A DNA stretch of 64,000 nt from Candidatus Moraniibacteriota bacterium (GCA_035390125.1 DAOOTD010000002.1:169908-233907); one strand, 5' to 3'. Counted from the first letter of the stretch, positions 17,911-26,338 are shown. The notes: a model not told the origin generated them from the letters alone. Program-made: numbers and translations.

Positions 17911-17932
17911 ACCAGCAACTTTAAATTGCTGG
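17911..17932. promoter_or_regulatory. 7-bp perfect inverted repeat CCAGCAA-N7-TTGCTGG just upstream of the island operon (operator or candidate nick/origin hairpin)
   Basis: Seen directly in sequence at 17912-17918 and 17926-17932. Confidence 0.3.
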
Positions 17933-18222
17933 CTTCTGAAGACAAAAAAAGAGACAACAGAGGCTAATCAACTTAAAGTTGAATGCTTTGTTATCTCAAA
18001 GGCTGTATGCAGGTTAAGATTGCTGTAGTGCCCTAGGGCGACTTATAGTATTAACGTTCCAAGTCTTATATTGAGCTAAATCAAAACTTTATTAACTTTT
18101 TAAGGCTTATATATACAATATCATACAAAAATAGACTTTGTCAAGGTGTAGTTATTTTGTTATAAATTTAATTTTTAAGCCAAAAAATGGCTTAAATAAG
18201 CTGTCGCGCAGCTGAACATTCA

Positions 18223-18438
18223 TTACTTTTTCTTACTTTCAGTAATTTTCTTTAGAAATTTTTTTCTTTCGCTTTTGTTTAAAAAAACGCTTTCAAAGAA
18301 GTATTGCATTTGAACTAAATTATAGTCTAAATTTACACTTTTCAGCTCTTTGTTGATGCTTTTAACTACGAATTTTTCCAGCTTGGCGTTCTCTCTTCTC
18401 TGAATTCTTGGCAGTAATAGTTTCTTCGTAAACCTCAT
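18223..18438 (-). CDS. hypothetical small basic protein
   Basis: 71-aa ORF, Lys/Arg-rich. Confidence 0.25.
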   Translation of the reverse strand: MRFTKKLLLPRIQRRENAKLEKFVVKSINKELKSVNLDYNLVQMQYFFESVFLNKSERKKFLKKITESKKK

Positions 18439-18503
18439 ATAATTTGTGATAAATTTTTAATTTTTATATACTTTATAAAAGAAACTCATAATATTTTAAT
18501 AAA

Positions 18504-19427
18504 ATGGACTTATCTGAAATTGAAAAAAGAAATGCTTCTGTAAATAAATACCTAGAAGGTATTAGCGATGAGGAGCTTAGAAAAAAAGGTGATGAAGAAT
18601 ATGCCAAGGCGGAAAAGGATTTTAAGGAATTAAAAGAAGCTCTTGCGGAAGGAAAATGTAGTTTCTGCGGAAATTCTATTTCTCATTTTTCTGAAAAGAA
18701 ACCGTGTTTTCATTGGCTTTTAAAACCGAATGGCTTTAAGAAAAGACACTTTCCCTTGCTATATAAAAAATATAGTTTTCGTAGAATGGAGGCATATTTA
18801 CGCTGGGTGGCAAATACTGATATACCCCTTAAAAATATAAACGATTTAGTTGAAGAAAAAACATCTTCAAAAAAAATTGAGCTAACAGTGGTCTATAAAG
18901 ATTTAGAATGGTCATTTTCCTGTTCTAGGTCTGATTATCAAGGACATCAAGACAAACGAGAAGGAAAAATGCCTCACTATCATTTTCAGATGAAGAAAGC
19001 TGGCAATGTAATAATAAACTATGCCGGCTTCCATATTCCTTTTCACGATGAAGATTTTTTTTCATTTGCATTGAGTGAAGGAAAAATTCCCAGACTAGGC
19101 TATAAACATATTCACGGTGCGGGAATGCAAGAACTTCTTGATAATTTTTCTCCAGAAGAAATTCTTGAGCAAATGGTAAAGGCTGACGATGAAGAAAATG
19201 CTCAATTTCATACCTCTACGCTTGTCGAGGCTGATCCCGGAACTACAATATCAGGTTCAGTCATCGCTGATTTAGTAGAGGAGCATAAACGAACAGGAAT
19301 TCCAATGGCACGACTTATTCAAAAATTACCAAACATTAAAGCGACTAGCTATATTACTCCCGGTCCCGGCGTGCCAGAATTAGCAAAAAGAACTCCAAGA
19401 CGTAAAAAAATGCAAGAAGACAAATAG
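18504..19427 (+). CDS. hypothetical Cys/His-rich protein (possible Zn-binding; CSFCGN...CFHW, HYHFQ, HIPFHDED)
   Basis: 307-aa ORF in island cargo; no recognisable family. Confidence 0.4.
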   Translation: MDLSEIEKRNASVNKYLEGISDEELRKKGDEEYAKAEKDFKELKEALAEGKCSFCGNSISHFSEKKPCFHWLLKPNGFKKRHFPLLYKKYSFRRMEAYLRWVANTDIPLKNINDLVEEKTSSKKIELTVVYKDLEWSFSCSRSDYQGHQDKREGKMPHYHFQMKKAGNVIINYAGFHIPFHDEDFFSFALSEGKIPRLGYKHIHGAGMQELLDNFSPEEILEQMVKADDEENAQFHTSTLVEADPGTTISGSVIADLVEEHKRTGIPMARLIQKLPNIKATSYITPGPGVPELAKRTPRRKKMQEDK

Positions 19428-19631
19428 CATTCCTCTGATTTGTCCTGTGATGTCCTGTTATAGCTCTGCAAATGCTGGCAACAATTCCATTTCTTGCATA
19501 AGTCTTCCTAAATTCAAGTTTCTGAACATATTAGCTAGCGGGAGCAACGATTTTCAGGACTTATTTAAAGCCCTGTTTTTTATATTTGTTCAATTCATAA
19601 TTCTAAATTTTTATAATTAGCGAATTATATA

Positions 19632-19660
19632 TTGACAAAAATATAGCCTGGGTATATGAT
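19632..19660 (+). promoter_or_regulatory. near-consensus sigma70 promoter (TTGACA-17-TATGAT)
   Basis: TTGACA at 19632-19637 and TATGAT at 19655-19660. AGGAGG RBS at 19692-19697 precedes the ATG at 19703. Confidence 0.5.
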
Positions 19661-19702
19661 TTTTTGTTATACAAAAATTGTTCTATTAAAAAGGAGGAAA
19701 CA

Positions 19703-19999
19703 ATGAGAATCATTAACAAAACTTCTTTTAATCTAATTGCATTCGGTTGGCACACAAAGTATGGCTACGGAAATGATGTGGAAATAAAAACAGGCCAATT
19801 CGCTGATATTTCTGGTTCATATATTGGCGAAATGGGCGGCGGAAGTTGCTGTATAGCCATTGAAGGAGAAGTTATTTGTCAGGAAACTCCTGATGATGAA
19901 AACGGATTTCAAGTTATTCCTGGTAGTCAACTTAACCTTCAGGCTGGTGACAAGGGTATAACCGTTCGTCATTTCTCGGAAGAAAGAATCATTGGATAA
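19703..19999 (+). CDS. hypothetical 98-aa protein (track ORF 19664-19999; start moved to the RBS-supported Met)
   Basis: Strong RBS AAAGGAGG 7 nt upstream; Gly/Cys motif GGGSCCIAIEGE. Confidence 0.45.
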   Translation: MRIINKTSFNLIAFGWHTKYGYGNDVEIKTGQFADISGSYIGEMGGGSCCIAIEGEVICQETPDDENGFQVIPGSQLNLQAGDKGITVRHFSEERIIG

Positions 20000-20003
20000 T
20001 AAT

Positions 20004-20045
20004 ACCCGCCGGCAGAAAATCTGCTTTGGTGGGTTTTCTGTTTTT
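20004..20045 (+). terminator. hairpin + T-run terminator (CCCGCCGGCAG...CTGCTTTGGTGGG TTTTCTGTTTTT)
   Basis: Imperfect GC-rich stem followed by a T-tract. The 3' arm and T-tract are the start of the 52-bp repeat. Confidence 0.45.
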
Positions 20046-20073
20046 ATATCAAACTTAAATTAAATTCTTCCAA
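20022..20073 (+). repeat. copy 1 of a 52-bp direct repeat (TGCTTTGGTGGGTTTTCTGTTTTTATATCAAACTTAAATTAAATTCTTCCAA)
   Basis: 51 of 52 nt identical to 20761-20812. Confidence 0.8.
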
Positions 20074-20178
20074 AATTTTCCAAAACTTTACTCACTTAAA
20101 AGTGCTCAATTTTTAGTATGGGCATCATATTTTAATGGCTTATTTAAGCCTTTTTTTATTTAATTTATTAATTGCTTG

Positions 20179-20206
20179 TTGACATAAAGTTTAATTTATG
20201 TATAAT
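20179..20206 (+). promoter_or_regulatory. consensus sigma70 promoter (TTGACA-16-TATAAT, TG immediately upstream of the -10)
   Basis: TTGACA at 20179-20184 and TATAAT at 20201-20206. GGAGG RBS precedes the TTG start at 20259. Confidence 0.55.
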
Positions 20207-20258
20207 AAAAAATCTGATTCATTATGGATCAGAAATATTATAATTAGGAGGTAGTAAC

Positions 20259-20717
20259 TTGGAAAAAGCAATCGAAGCGGTAAAGGGTTCATTTTTGGCT
20301 GATGTTTTGGGCTTTATTGGCAAAGGAGTTTTTCCTAGCGTTGGAGCAGCCGTAAAGGAGAATGAAGAGGTAATCGGCGATATGAGTCTTTTCGAAAAAG
20401 GCTTGCTAGCTTACGCAGATTTCTGCGGTAAAAAAGAAGAAGAACTGGTAGAACAGCTCAATAAGATGAAAGAAAAAAACGAGCAGGAGTCGCCGGAATT
20501 CAAGCCGAAGCATAATGAGCTTAAAACTATCAGGGAAAATTTTGAGATTTCCAATGAGCTCATGTGGAATTCGATAAGGGGAAGATTTGGCGTTTGGGAC
20601 TGCGGCACCGGCATAAGAGATGGCTATAAAGTCATCAAGATGAGCAAAAATCTGCTCGGGGCCGGTTTTCCTGATCTTGGAGGCATCTCCATAATTCATG
20701 TGAGTCTGAAGGATTAA
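20259..20717 (+). CDS. hypothetical 152-aa protein (TTG start)
   Basis: ORF with RBS TAGGAGGT 6 nt upstream; no recognisable family. Confidence 0.4.
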   Translation: MEKAIEAVKGSFLADVLGFIGKGVFPSVGAAVKENEEVIGDMSLFEKGLLAYADFCGKKEEELVEQLNKMKEKNEQESPEFKPKHNELKTIRENFEISNELMWNSIRGRFGVWDCGTGIRDGYKVIKMSKNLLGAGFPDLGGISIIHVSLKD

Positions 20718-20742
20718 GTAAAGTTACTTTATTATAATATAA

Positions 20743-20785
20743 CCCACCAGCAAGGAAACTTGCTTTGGTGGGTTTTCTGTTTTTA
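20743..20785 (+). terminator. rho-independent terminator (CCCACCAGCAAG-GAAA-CTTGCTTTGGTGGG followed by TTTTCTGTTTTT)
   Basis: 12-bp stem and T-run; overlaps repeat copy 2. Confidence 0.6.
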
Positions 20786-20812
20786 TATCCAACTTAAATT
20801 AAATTCTTCCAA
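20761..20812 (+). repeat. copy 2 of the 52-bp direct repeat
   Basis: 51 of 52 nt identical to 20022-20073. Confidence 0.8.
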
Positions 20813-20954
20813 TAATTCACCAAATTATCTATAATTAAAAGTTATAATTTTTTTACTAAATTGAACCAAATAAAACACACTTTTTATGGGGTTATTTTTT
20901 ATACCAGAGTAGGATGATAGAATTTATGTTATAATAAACCTAGTAATAATTTTT

Positions 20955-21407
20955 TTGAATATTATTATGAAAAACACATTAAGTAATTTCAAAGCATCGT
21001 TGGTTTTCTTTTTTATCACAATTGTTCCTTCTATTTATATTTCTGCAATTTTGAGTAATTTTGTTTTCAACAGCATAATATCTGATACTGATATAAGTTA
21101 TAAATCTATGATGAGTATATTGTTTGTTATCAGGATATTGGCAAATATATTTATAACTTGGATTCTTATTATGGTGGTTTCAAATTTTATTAAAAAATTT
21201 TTTTCCATAGATCAGCCCAATGTTATTGTTATTACGGCCACAACACTGCTTGTTTTTCTTGAATTGATTTTGTTATTTCAAACAGGAACTTTTTCGCCGG
21301 AAGTTATTAGTCAAGAAAAAATGCAATTTACTATCATTATTGCAAGTCTACTGTCTTATTTCGTATTTTATTATTTTATCAGTAAATTCTATTTGAACGA
21401 TAAATAA
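20955..21407 (+). CDS. hypothetical polytopic membrane protein
   Basis: Four hydrophobic helices, no motif. Confidence 0.4.
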   Translation: MNIIMKNTLSNFKASLVFFFITIVPSIYISAILSNFVFNSIISDTDISYKSMMSILFVIRILANIFITWILIMVVSNFIKKFFSIDQPNVIVITATTLLVFLELILLFQTGTFSPEVISQEKMQFTIIIASLLSYFVFYYFISKFYLNDK

Positions 21408-21437
21408 ACAGCAATAGATAGAAAAGAAAAAAAACAA

Positions 21438-22247
21438 ATGAAAAATAAAAAAGGTAGCATTGTTTTAACTCTAGTCATTATTATTATTTGGATAATCACA
21501 GCCGGAGGCGGCGGTTGGTTTTTGGCGTTTTTGGAAAGTAAAAAACAAACTGCAACTCCCTTGCCACCTGCTCACACTTATGATGAAGCTGTAAAAATCC
21601 CGACTCAAAATGAAAAAAAAGCTTCAGATAAATCAATAAAATTAGATGAAAAAGCATCACCTAAAAAAGAGATTGTTTTGCCTGAAGAAACAAATCTATC
21701 TATACCATTTGTTCTGCAAGCGCCAAACCAGAATTGGGTCTATCCCTATGAAGATTTCTGTGAAGAAGCATCGGTTTTAATGGCAGCTAGTTATTTAAAA
21801 AACAGCCCAATACTCAATTCTAACGATGCTGATGCAAAACTTCTTTCTATTATGGATTTCGAAATGAAAAAATTTGGATATCACAAAGACACAAACATAG
21901 AAGAAACAGCAACTATTCTTCGTGAGTTATATAATTTGCAAAAGATTGAAATAGTTTATAATCCAAGCGTGAATGAAATTAAAATTGCTTTGGCTGAAGG
22001 GAAAGCCGTAGTAGTTCCATTGGCTGGCCGAGAATTAAAAAATCCTAATTTTCGTAGTCCTGGCCCGCTATATCATATGCTGGTAATTAAAGGTTATGAT
22101 AAGAATGATAATTTTATAACGAATGAACCGGGAACCAGAAAAGGTGCTAATTATAGGTATAAAACAGGAATAATAATGAATGCTATTCATGATTGGAATA
22201 ATGGAGATGTGTATAATGGGAAAAAAGCTGTGATAATAGCAGGCTAG
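21438..22247 (+). CDS. membrane-anchored peptidase C39-like domain protein
   Basis: N-terminal TM helix, then VLQAPNQNW...CEEASVLMA (candidate Cys) and YHMLVIKGYD (candidate His), resembling Peptidase_C39_2. Confidence 0.45.
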   Translation: MKNKKGSIVLTLVIIIIWIITAGGGGWFLAFLESKKQTATPLPPAHTYDEAVKIPTQNEKKASDKSIKLDEKASPKKEIVLPEETNLSIPFVLQAPNQNWVYPYEDFCEEASVLMAASYLKNSPILNSNDADAKLLSIMDFEMKKFGYHKDTNIEETATILRELYNLQKIEIVYNPSVNEIKIALAEGKAVVVPLAGRELKNPNFRSPGPLYHMLVIKGYDKNDNFITNEPGTRKGANYRYKTGIIMNAIHDWNNGDVYNGKKAVIIAG

Positions 22248-23566
22248 TGGCCGTTATTTATCTTACGTAAACGCAGTGGAAGTAAGATCAATAGGATTAA
22301 TAATTCAAAAGCACTACCCAGGAAAAAAGCGAATGGCAAAGCTACTAATCCATAATGAAAACTCATAAAATATCCCCCTGGTATAGCGATTATAATTCCT
22401 AATATGCTGATTACAACTGGAATGGTTGTATTTTTTGTTGCATAGAAAGCTCTGGCCATAAGGTGGACTAATGACTCGGTAGGAATACTCAGACAAAATA
22501 CTCCAAGGGCAGCAGATGTGCGGATTATGTCAGAAGATTCGAATGCTCCACCACCCAAAAAAATACTTATTAGTTCATCACGAATTAAAAAAATAATGGA
22601 TGCAGATAATAAGCTTGCCAAAAGTATCAAGAGAAAAGAATTCTTTAGTGTTTTTAAAAAATTATCCTTAGCGTTATCATTAATAGCGTTAGCTAGCAAA
22701 GGAAAACTGGTTGTGGCAATAGTTATGCCAATAAGGCTTATCGGGACACTTTGAAAATTACGCGCAAAGCTTATTGCTGTTACTGATCCAGGCTGAAGCA
22801 TTGAAGCTATAGCTGTAAAACCCCAAAAAGTCGCAAGTTCAATAGGATGTCCAAACATCTTGGGTATCATCATTCTGATGGTTTTACGAAAAGGAGCGGA
22901 TTTGAAATCATATGCTGTTCTAAATCTGAAACCATGCCACCAAGCATCACCAAATCTTGCTAAAAGATGAAGAAAAGCCCCAAAAACTGTGCCTACAGCT
23001 ACGCCCGTTATACCAAAAAATGGAGCCAAAAATAATGTTCCAAGAATTATCCCAAAATTGTAAAGAACTGGGGACATTCCATAAAAAAGAAATCGCCTTT
23101 GAGTTATCAACATGGCACCAATAGCGTTGGAAGCTGCAAAAAAGATAGGAGACAGTGCCAGAATTCGTACAATCTTTGCTACTAAAAGTCTATCAGCTTC
23201 ATTAAAACCAGGAGCCACGATGACACTTATATAATTTGCAAATATTATAATAATTACGGCGATTATAAACATGATGCCAGTAGCGGCTGTTATTATGGAA
23301 TTGACATATTCTTTAGCCTTTTCTTTGTCTGAGTGCAAAAGTTCTGAAAGTATTGGCACAAAGGCAGCAGTAATCCCTCCGGCGATAAGAATATTAAATA
23401 AAAGATCAGGAAAAAGAAAAGCAGCGTTATAAGCATCTAATGGTCTTGAAGCGCCAAAAGTCTGCGCAAAAAAGTGATCTCGCGCCAATCCAAGAACATA
23501 GGAAGCAAAAGATGTAATTGCAAGTATCACGCTACCCTTGGGGATTATATTTGTCCATTTCTTCAT
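22244..23566 (-). CDS. murJ: lipid II flippase MurJ/MviN family
   Basis: N-terminal LGLARDHFFAQTFGASRPLDAYNAAFLFPDLLFNI matches the MurJ signature; about 12 TM helices. Confidence 0.75.
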   Translation of the reverse strand: MKKWTNIIPKGSVILAITSFASYVLGLARDHFFAQTFGASRPLDAYNAAFLFPDLLFNILIAGGITAAFVPILSELLHSDKEKAKEYVNSIITAATGIMFIIAVIIIIFANYISVIVAPGFNEADRLLVAKIVRILALSPIFFAASNAIGAMLITQRRFLFYGMSPVLYNFGIILGTLFLAPFFGITGVAVGTVFGAFLHLLARFGDAWWHGFRFRTAYDFKSAPFRKTIRMMIPKMFGHPIELATFWGFTAIASMLQPGSVTAISFARNFQSVPISLIGITIATTSFPLLANAINDNAKDNFLKTLKNSFLLILLASLLSASIIFLIRDELISIFLGGGAFESSDIIRTSAALGVFCLSIPTESLVHLMARAFYATKNTTIPVVISILGIIIAIPGGYFMSFHYGLVALPFAFFLGSAFELLILLILLPLRLRKINNGH

Positions 23567-23720
23567 ATAAATACTATATCACCAAACAGAAAGATTTGAA
23601 ATTACCAAATATATTCCTTGTTTTTTTGGAATAAACTTATTTTGTTTGGTTTAGTAAATCTTGCAAACCATATTTTTATCTAAAATTGTAATAATGCCCA
23701 TAAGTGATAAAATGTAATAG

Positions 23721-24419
23721 ATGAAAAAAGAAAAAACTAAAAAAACAAAAACACATACAATAATAATTTCTGACCTTCACCTGGGATCAAAAGTGAGCCA
23801 ACCGGAAAAAACTTTGGCAATGCTGGAAAATTATTCTTTCCAAAAGCTTATACTCTTGGGAGATGTTTTTGACAACATGGATTTCCGCAATCTTTCTAAA
23901 GAATGCTGGAATCTGCTTACTTATATTGGAAAAATATCTAAAAATAAGAAAGTCAGGTGGGTTATTGGAAACCATGATGAGGGATTGGTAAATATTTTTA
24001 AATCTCTAATGGATGCCAAAATATATGAAACATACGTTTGGCATTATAAGCAGAAAAAATATCTTGCCATACATGGACATCAATTCGACCGTTTTTTAGT
24101 TAATAATGCTATGATTAGTTATTTGGCGAATAAAATTTATAATTTTATACAAAGAATTGATTCTAATGAAAAAAAATTTAGTCATTATCTTAAGAAAAAA
24201 AGCAAAGGTTGGCTAAGACTTTCTGAAAAAGTAGCCCGTTCTGCAATTATTTATGGTAAAGAAAATGGAGCCGATTTTGTTTTCTGTGGACATACACATA
24301 AGTCTATTCAAAGAAAAAATCATAAAATAAAATATTTTAATTCGGGCTGTTGGGATGACACTCCATGTAGTTATATAACTATTAACGATGGAGGTATAAA
24401 AATTCAAGAATATATATGA
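23721..24419 (+). CDS. calcineurin-like metallophosphoesterase
   Basis: Motifs SDLHLG, LGDVFD, GNHDE and GHTH. Confidence 0.65.
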   Translation: MKKEKTKKTKTHTIIISDLHLGSKVSQPEKTLAMLENYSFQKLILLGDVFDNMDFRNLSKECWNLLTYIGKISKNKKVRWVIGNHDEGLVNIFKSLMDAKIYETYVWHYKQKKYLAIHGHQFDRFLVNNAMISYLANKIYNFIQRIDSNEKKFSHYLKKKSKGWLRLSEKVARSAIIYGKENGADFVFCGHTHKSIQRKNHKIKYFNSGCWDDTPCSYITINDGGIKIQEYI

Positions 24420-24539
24420 AATTATCAAAGGACAAAAAACATGCTATTTTAAATATAGTAAGAATATGGCAAAAATATCCTTAGAATAATAAATATTTTT
24501 TTATTTAGCTTTAAAAATAATTATTAATTTTAAAAAATT

Positions 24540-24941
24540 ATGTTAAAAGAATTCAAACAATTTCTTCTTCGCGGAAATGTCGTTGATCTGGCCGTAGGAG
24601 TTGTAGTTGGTGCCGCTTTTGGGTCAGTAGTTTCAGCTCTTGTGTCTGATTTGCTGACTCCAATGATTGCAGCCATTGCTAAAGTACCTGATTTTTCTGG
24701 TTTAATTTTTACAATCAATGACAGCAAATTTATGATTGGACATTTTATTAATGCTCTCATTTCATTTATATTAGTTGCGGCTGCCATTTTCTTTTTTATA
24801 ATAAAACCGATGAATATGCTTGTTGCGCGTTCTCGCAAAGAAGCGCCGGCAGATCCGACTACCAAGAAATGCCCGGAATGTCTGAGTGAAATTCCCACTG
24901 AGGCCAAACGCTGCTCACATTGTGCACAGATTACTTCATAA
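24540..24941 (+). CDS. mscL: large-conductance mechanosensitive channel MscL with a C-terminal CPxC...CxxC zinc-ribbon tail
   Basis: FKQFLLRGNVVDLAVGVVVGAAFG core, and a tail KKCPECLSEIPTEAKRCSHCAQ. Confidence 0.8.
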   Translation: MLKEFKQFLLRGNVVDLAVGVVVGAAFGSVVSALVSDLLTPMIAAIAKVPDFSGLIFTINDSKFMIGHFINALISFILVAAAIFFFIIKPMNMLVARSRKEAPADPTTKKCPECLSEIPTEAKRCSHCAQITS

Positions 24942-24961
24942 ACTTAAAAAAATAAAATACA

Positions 24962-25003
24962 AAAAGAAAAAACCACGCAATTTGTTAATTGCATGGTTTT
25001 TGT
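24962..25003. terminator. bidirectional terminator between the convergent mscL and sigma-like genes
   Basis: AACCACGCAA-loop-TTGCATGGTT hairpin flanked by an A-run and a T-run. Confidence 0.55.
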
Positions 25004-25019
25004 AAATAGTATCTTGTTC

Positions 25020-25760
25020 TTATCTTAGGCCAAAACGTAATCTGATGACTTTTTCTTCACTAGCTTTCAATGTAGTCAAAACCTTATGAATTTGATCAGC
25101 CATATCTTTGTCTTGCACTGTCTCTTCGGAAGAAATATTTTTAGAGTCTGGTATAACGCAATCGATCGTCGAGTCATCATCTTCGTTGACTAGTTTAGAA
25201 AAGGAGAATGTTTTTCCTCTTTTCCTTATAACCTGTACTTCAGAGATTTTCTCCTTAGTAAGGCCCAAACACTCTGCCAGCTCTTCATGAGTTGGTAACC
25301 GCTTGTAATTCTGCAAAAAATTCTTCTCAGTTTTTTCAATTTCTATTATTGCCCTCCTTAATTGGCGCGAAACAGAAATATTATCTGATTGATAAGCCAA
25401 CTCAACGTCTATCCTGGTCTTGATGTAAAACCCGGCCCATCTTGCAAACCCGCAACCGCAATCAGACTTAAATGTTTTAACAGCCAAGATTAATCCGATA
25501 TTTGCCGTTTGGATTAAATCTTCAATTGCTAATCCACTATTCCAATTTTTTCTGGCGAAAAAAATGGCAAAAGCCATATTCGATTCGACTATTTTTTTCT
25601 CCATCTCCGTTAATTTTTTCTTTTCTTCGCCTTCATTTCTTTGTTCGCATATTTTTTCCAGGAGCTCGCTCTCTTCTGTTCTAGATAATCGTGGGCATTT
25701 TTGTGCTTGTTTTATGAGAAAACGCAAGCAAGCCGTTTCTTCATTTTGATTTTTTGCCAT
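25020..25760 (-). CDS. sigma-70 family protein truncated just before the region 4.2 HTH (possible pseudogene or decoy)
   Basis: Region 2 and 3-like motifs (DLIQTANIGLILAVKTF). The protein ends at ...VIRLRFGLR, where sigma factors normally continue with the -35-binding HTH. Confidence 0.5.
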   Translation of the reverse strand: MAKNQNEETACLRFLIKQAQKCPRLSRTEESELLEKICEQRNEGEEKKKLTEMEKKIVESNMAFAIFFARKNWNSGLAIEDLIQTANIGLILAVKTFKSDCGCGFARWAGFYIKTRIDVELAYQSDNISVSRQLRRAIIEIEKTEKNFLQNYKRLPTHEELAECLGLTKEKISEVQVIRKRGKTFSFSKLVNEDDDSTIDCVIPDSKNISSEETVQDKDMADQIHKVLTTLKASEEKVIRLRFGLR

Positions 25761-25780
25761 TATTCACCTCGATTTTTATG

Positions 25781-26338
25781 CTATTGTGCAGATTTTGAGT
25801 TTATAAAAGATATTTCCTCCATTTTTACATCATGGCCAATAAGAATTAGTCTGTCGGCCAATGCTCTCAGTTCTCTTGAAACTGTATCATCTGAAGACAC
25901 GATTGTTACGCTGATTCCTCCTCTTTTTTTTATTTTGCTGAGAAGATATTCAAAATCTGAATCGCCGGAAAGAAGTATAATTTCATCACAATCTCTTCGC
26001 CAGAAGCTGTCGCTGATGTCTGTCGTAATTTCTACATCAAAATTAGCCTTCTCTTTTGTACCGACCCCGGTCCATATACGTTTTACTTCTTTCGTAACAA
26101 CGTTAAAGCCTTTAACGGAGAACTGATACAAGAATTTTCGCTGGCCAACCTGGTCATCCGTGCTTCTTGTTTCTACATACACTGTTTTTGAGGCAACATT
26201 TGAGCCCATCGTTGCAATATTGACAAGCTTCTCCAAATCAAGTTTACTTCTTGGATCCAAACCAGACTTTCTTCTAATATCTTCAAAAGCTGAAGTTATA
26301 TTAGAGAAATCTACTGCTACTATTGCATTTTTTGGCAT
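25781..26338 (-). CDS. NYN-domain (LabA-like, PIN-related) putative ribonuclease
   Basis: AVDFSNI...DVEITTD...ILLSGDSDFEYLL pattern typical of NYN domains. Confidence 0.6.
   Translation of the reverse strand: MPKNAIVAVDFSNITSAFEDIRRKSGLDPRSKLDLEKLVNIATMGSNVASKTVYVETRSTDDQVGQRKFLYQFSVKGFNVVTKEVKRIWTGVGTKEKANFDVEITTDISDSFWRRDCDEIILLSGDSDFEYLLSKIKKRGGISVTIVSSDDTVSRELRALADRLILIGHDVKMEEISFINSKSAQ

Larger units (their letters stand above)
12148..17932 (-). mobile_element. integrative element inserted in the tRNA-Asn 3' end (serine recombinase + RM module + excisionase-like HTH + RC-Rep-like gene); cargo may continue to about 20950
   Basis: The recombinase 3' end overlaps the tRNA by 15 nt. The minus-strand operon is contiguous. 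An RM system and a Rep-like gene are typical mobile cargo. Confidence 0.5.

Noticed and set aside
17940-18222. Possible ncRNA (SRP, 6S or RNase P) in the 300-nt non-coding region upstream of the island operon
   Set aside because: None of the conserved sequence blocks of those RNAs is visible (SRP GGUGCUGUUUACC…AGGUCCGGAAGGAAGCAGCC, the RNase P P4 region). It is more likely a promoter, origin or regulatory region of the element.
20001-20020. ACCCGCCGGCAG resembles the tRNA-Asn 3' end ACCGCCGGAG and could be the other attachment site of the island
   Set aside because: Only a 7-nt exact core (CCGCCGG) is shared. Serine recombinases need no long direct repeat, and a 7-mer match in 64 kb is near chance expectation. 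I kept it only as a weak hint of the right boundary.
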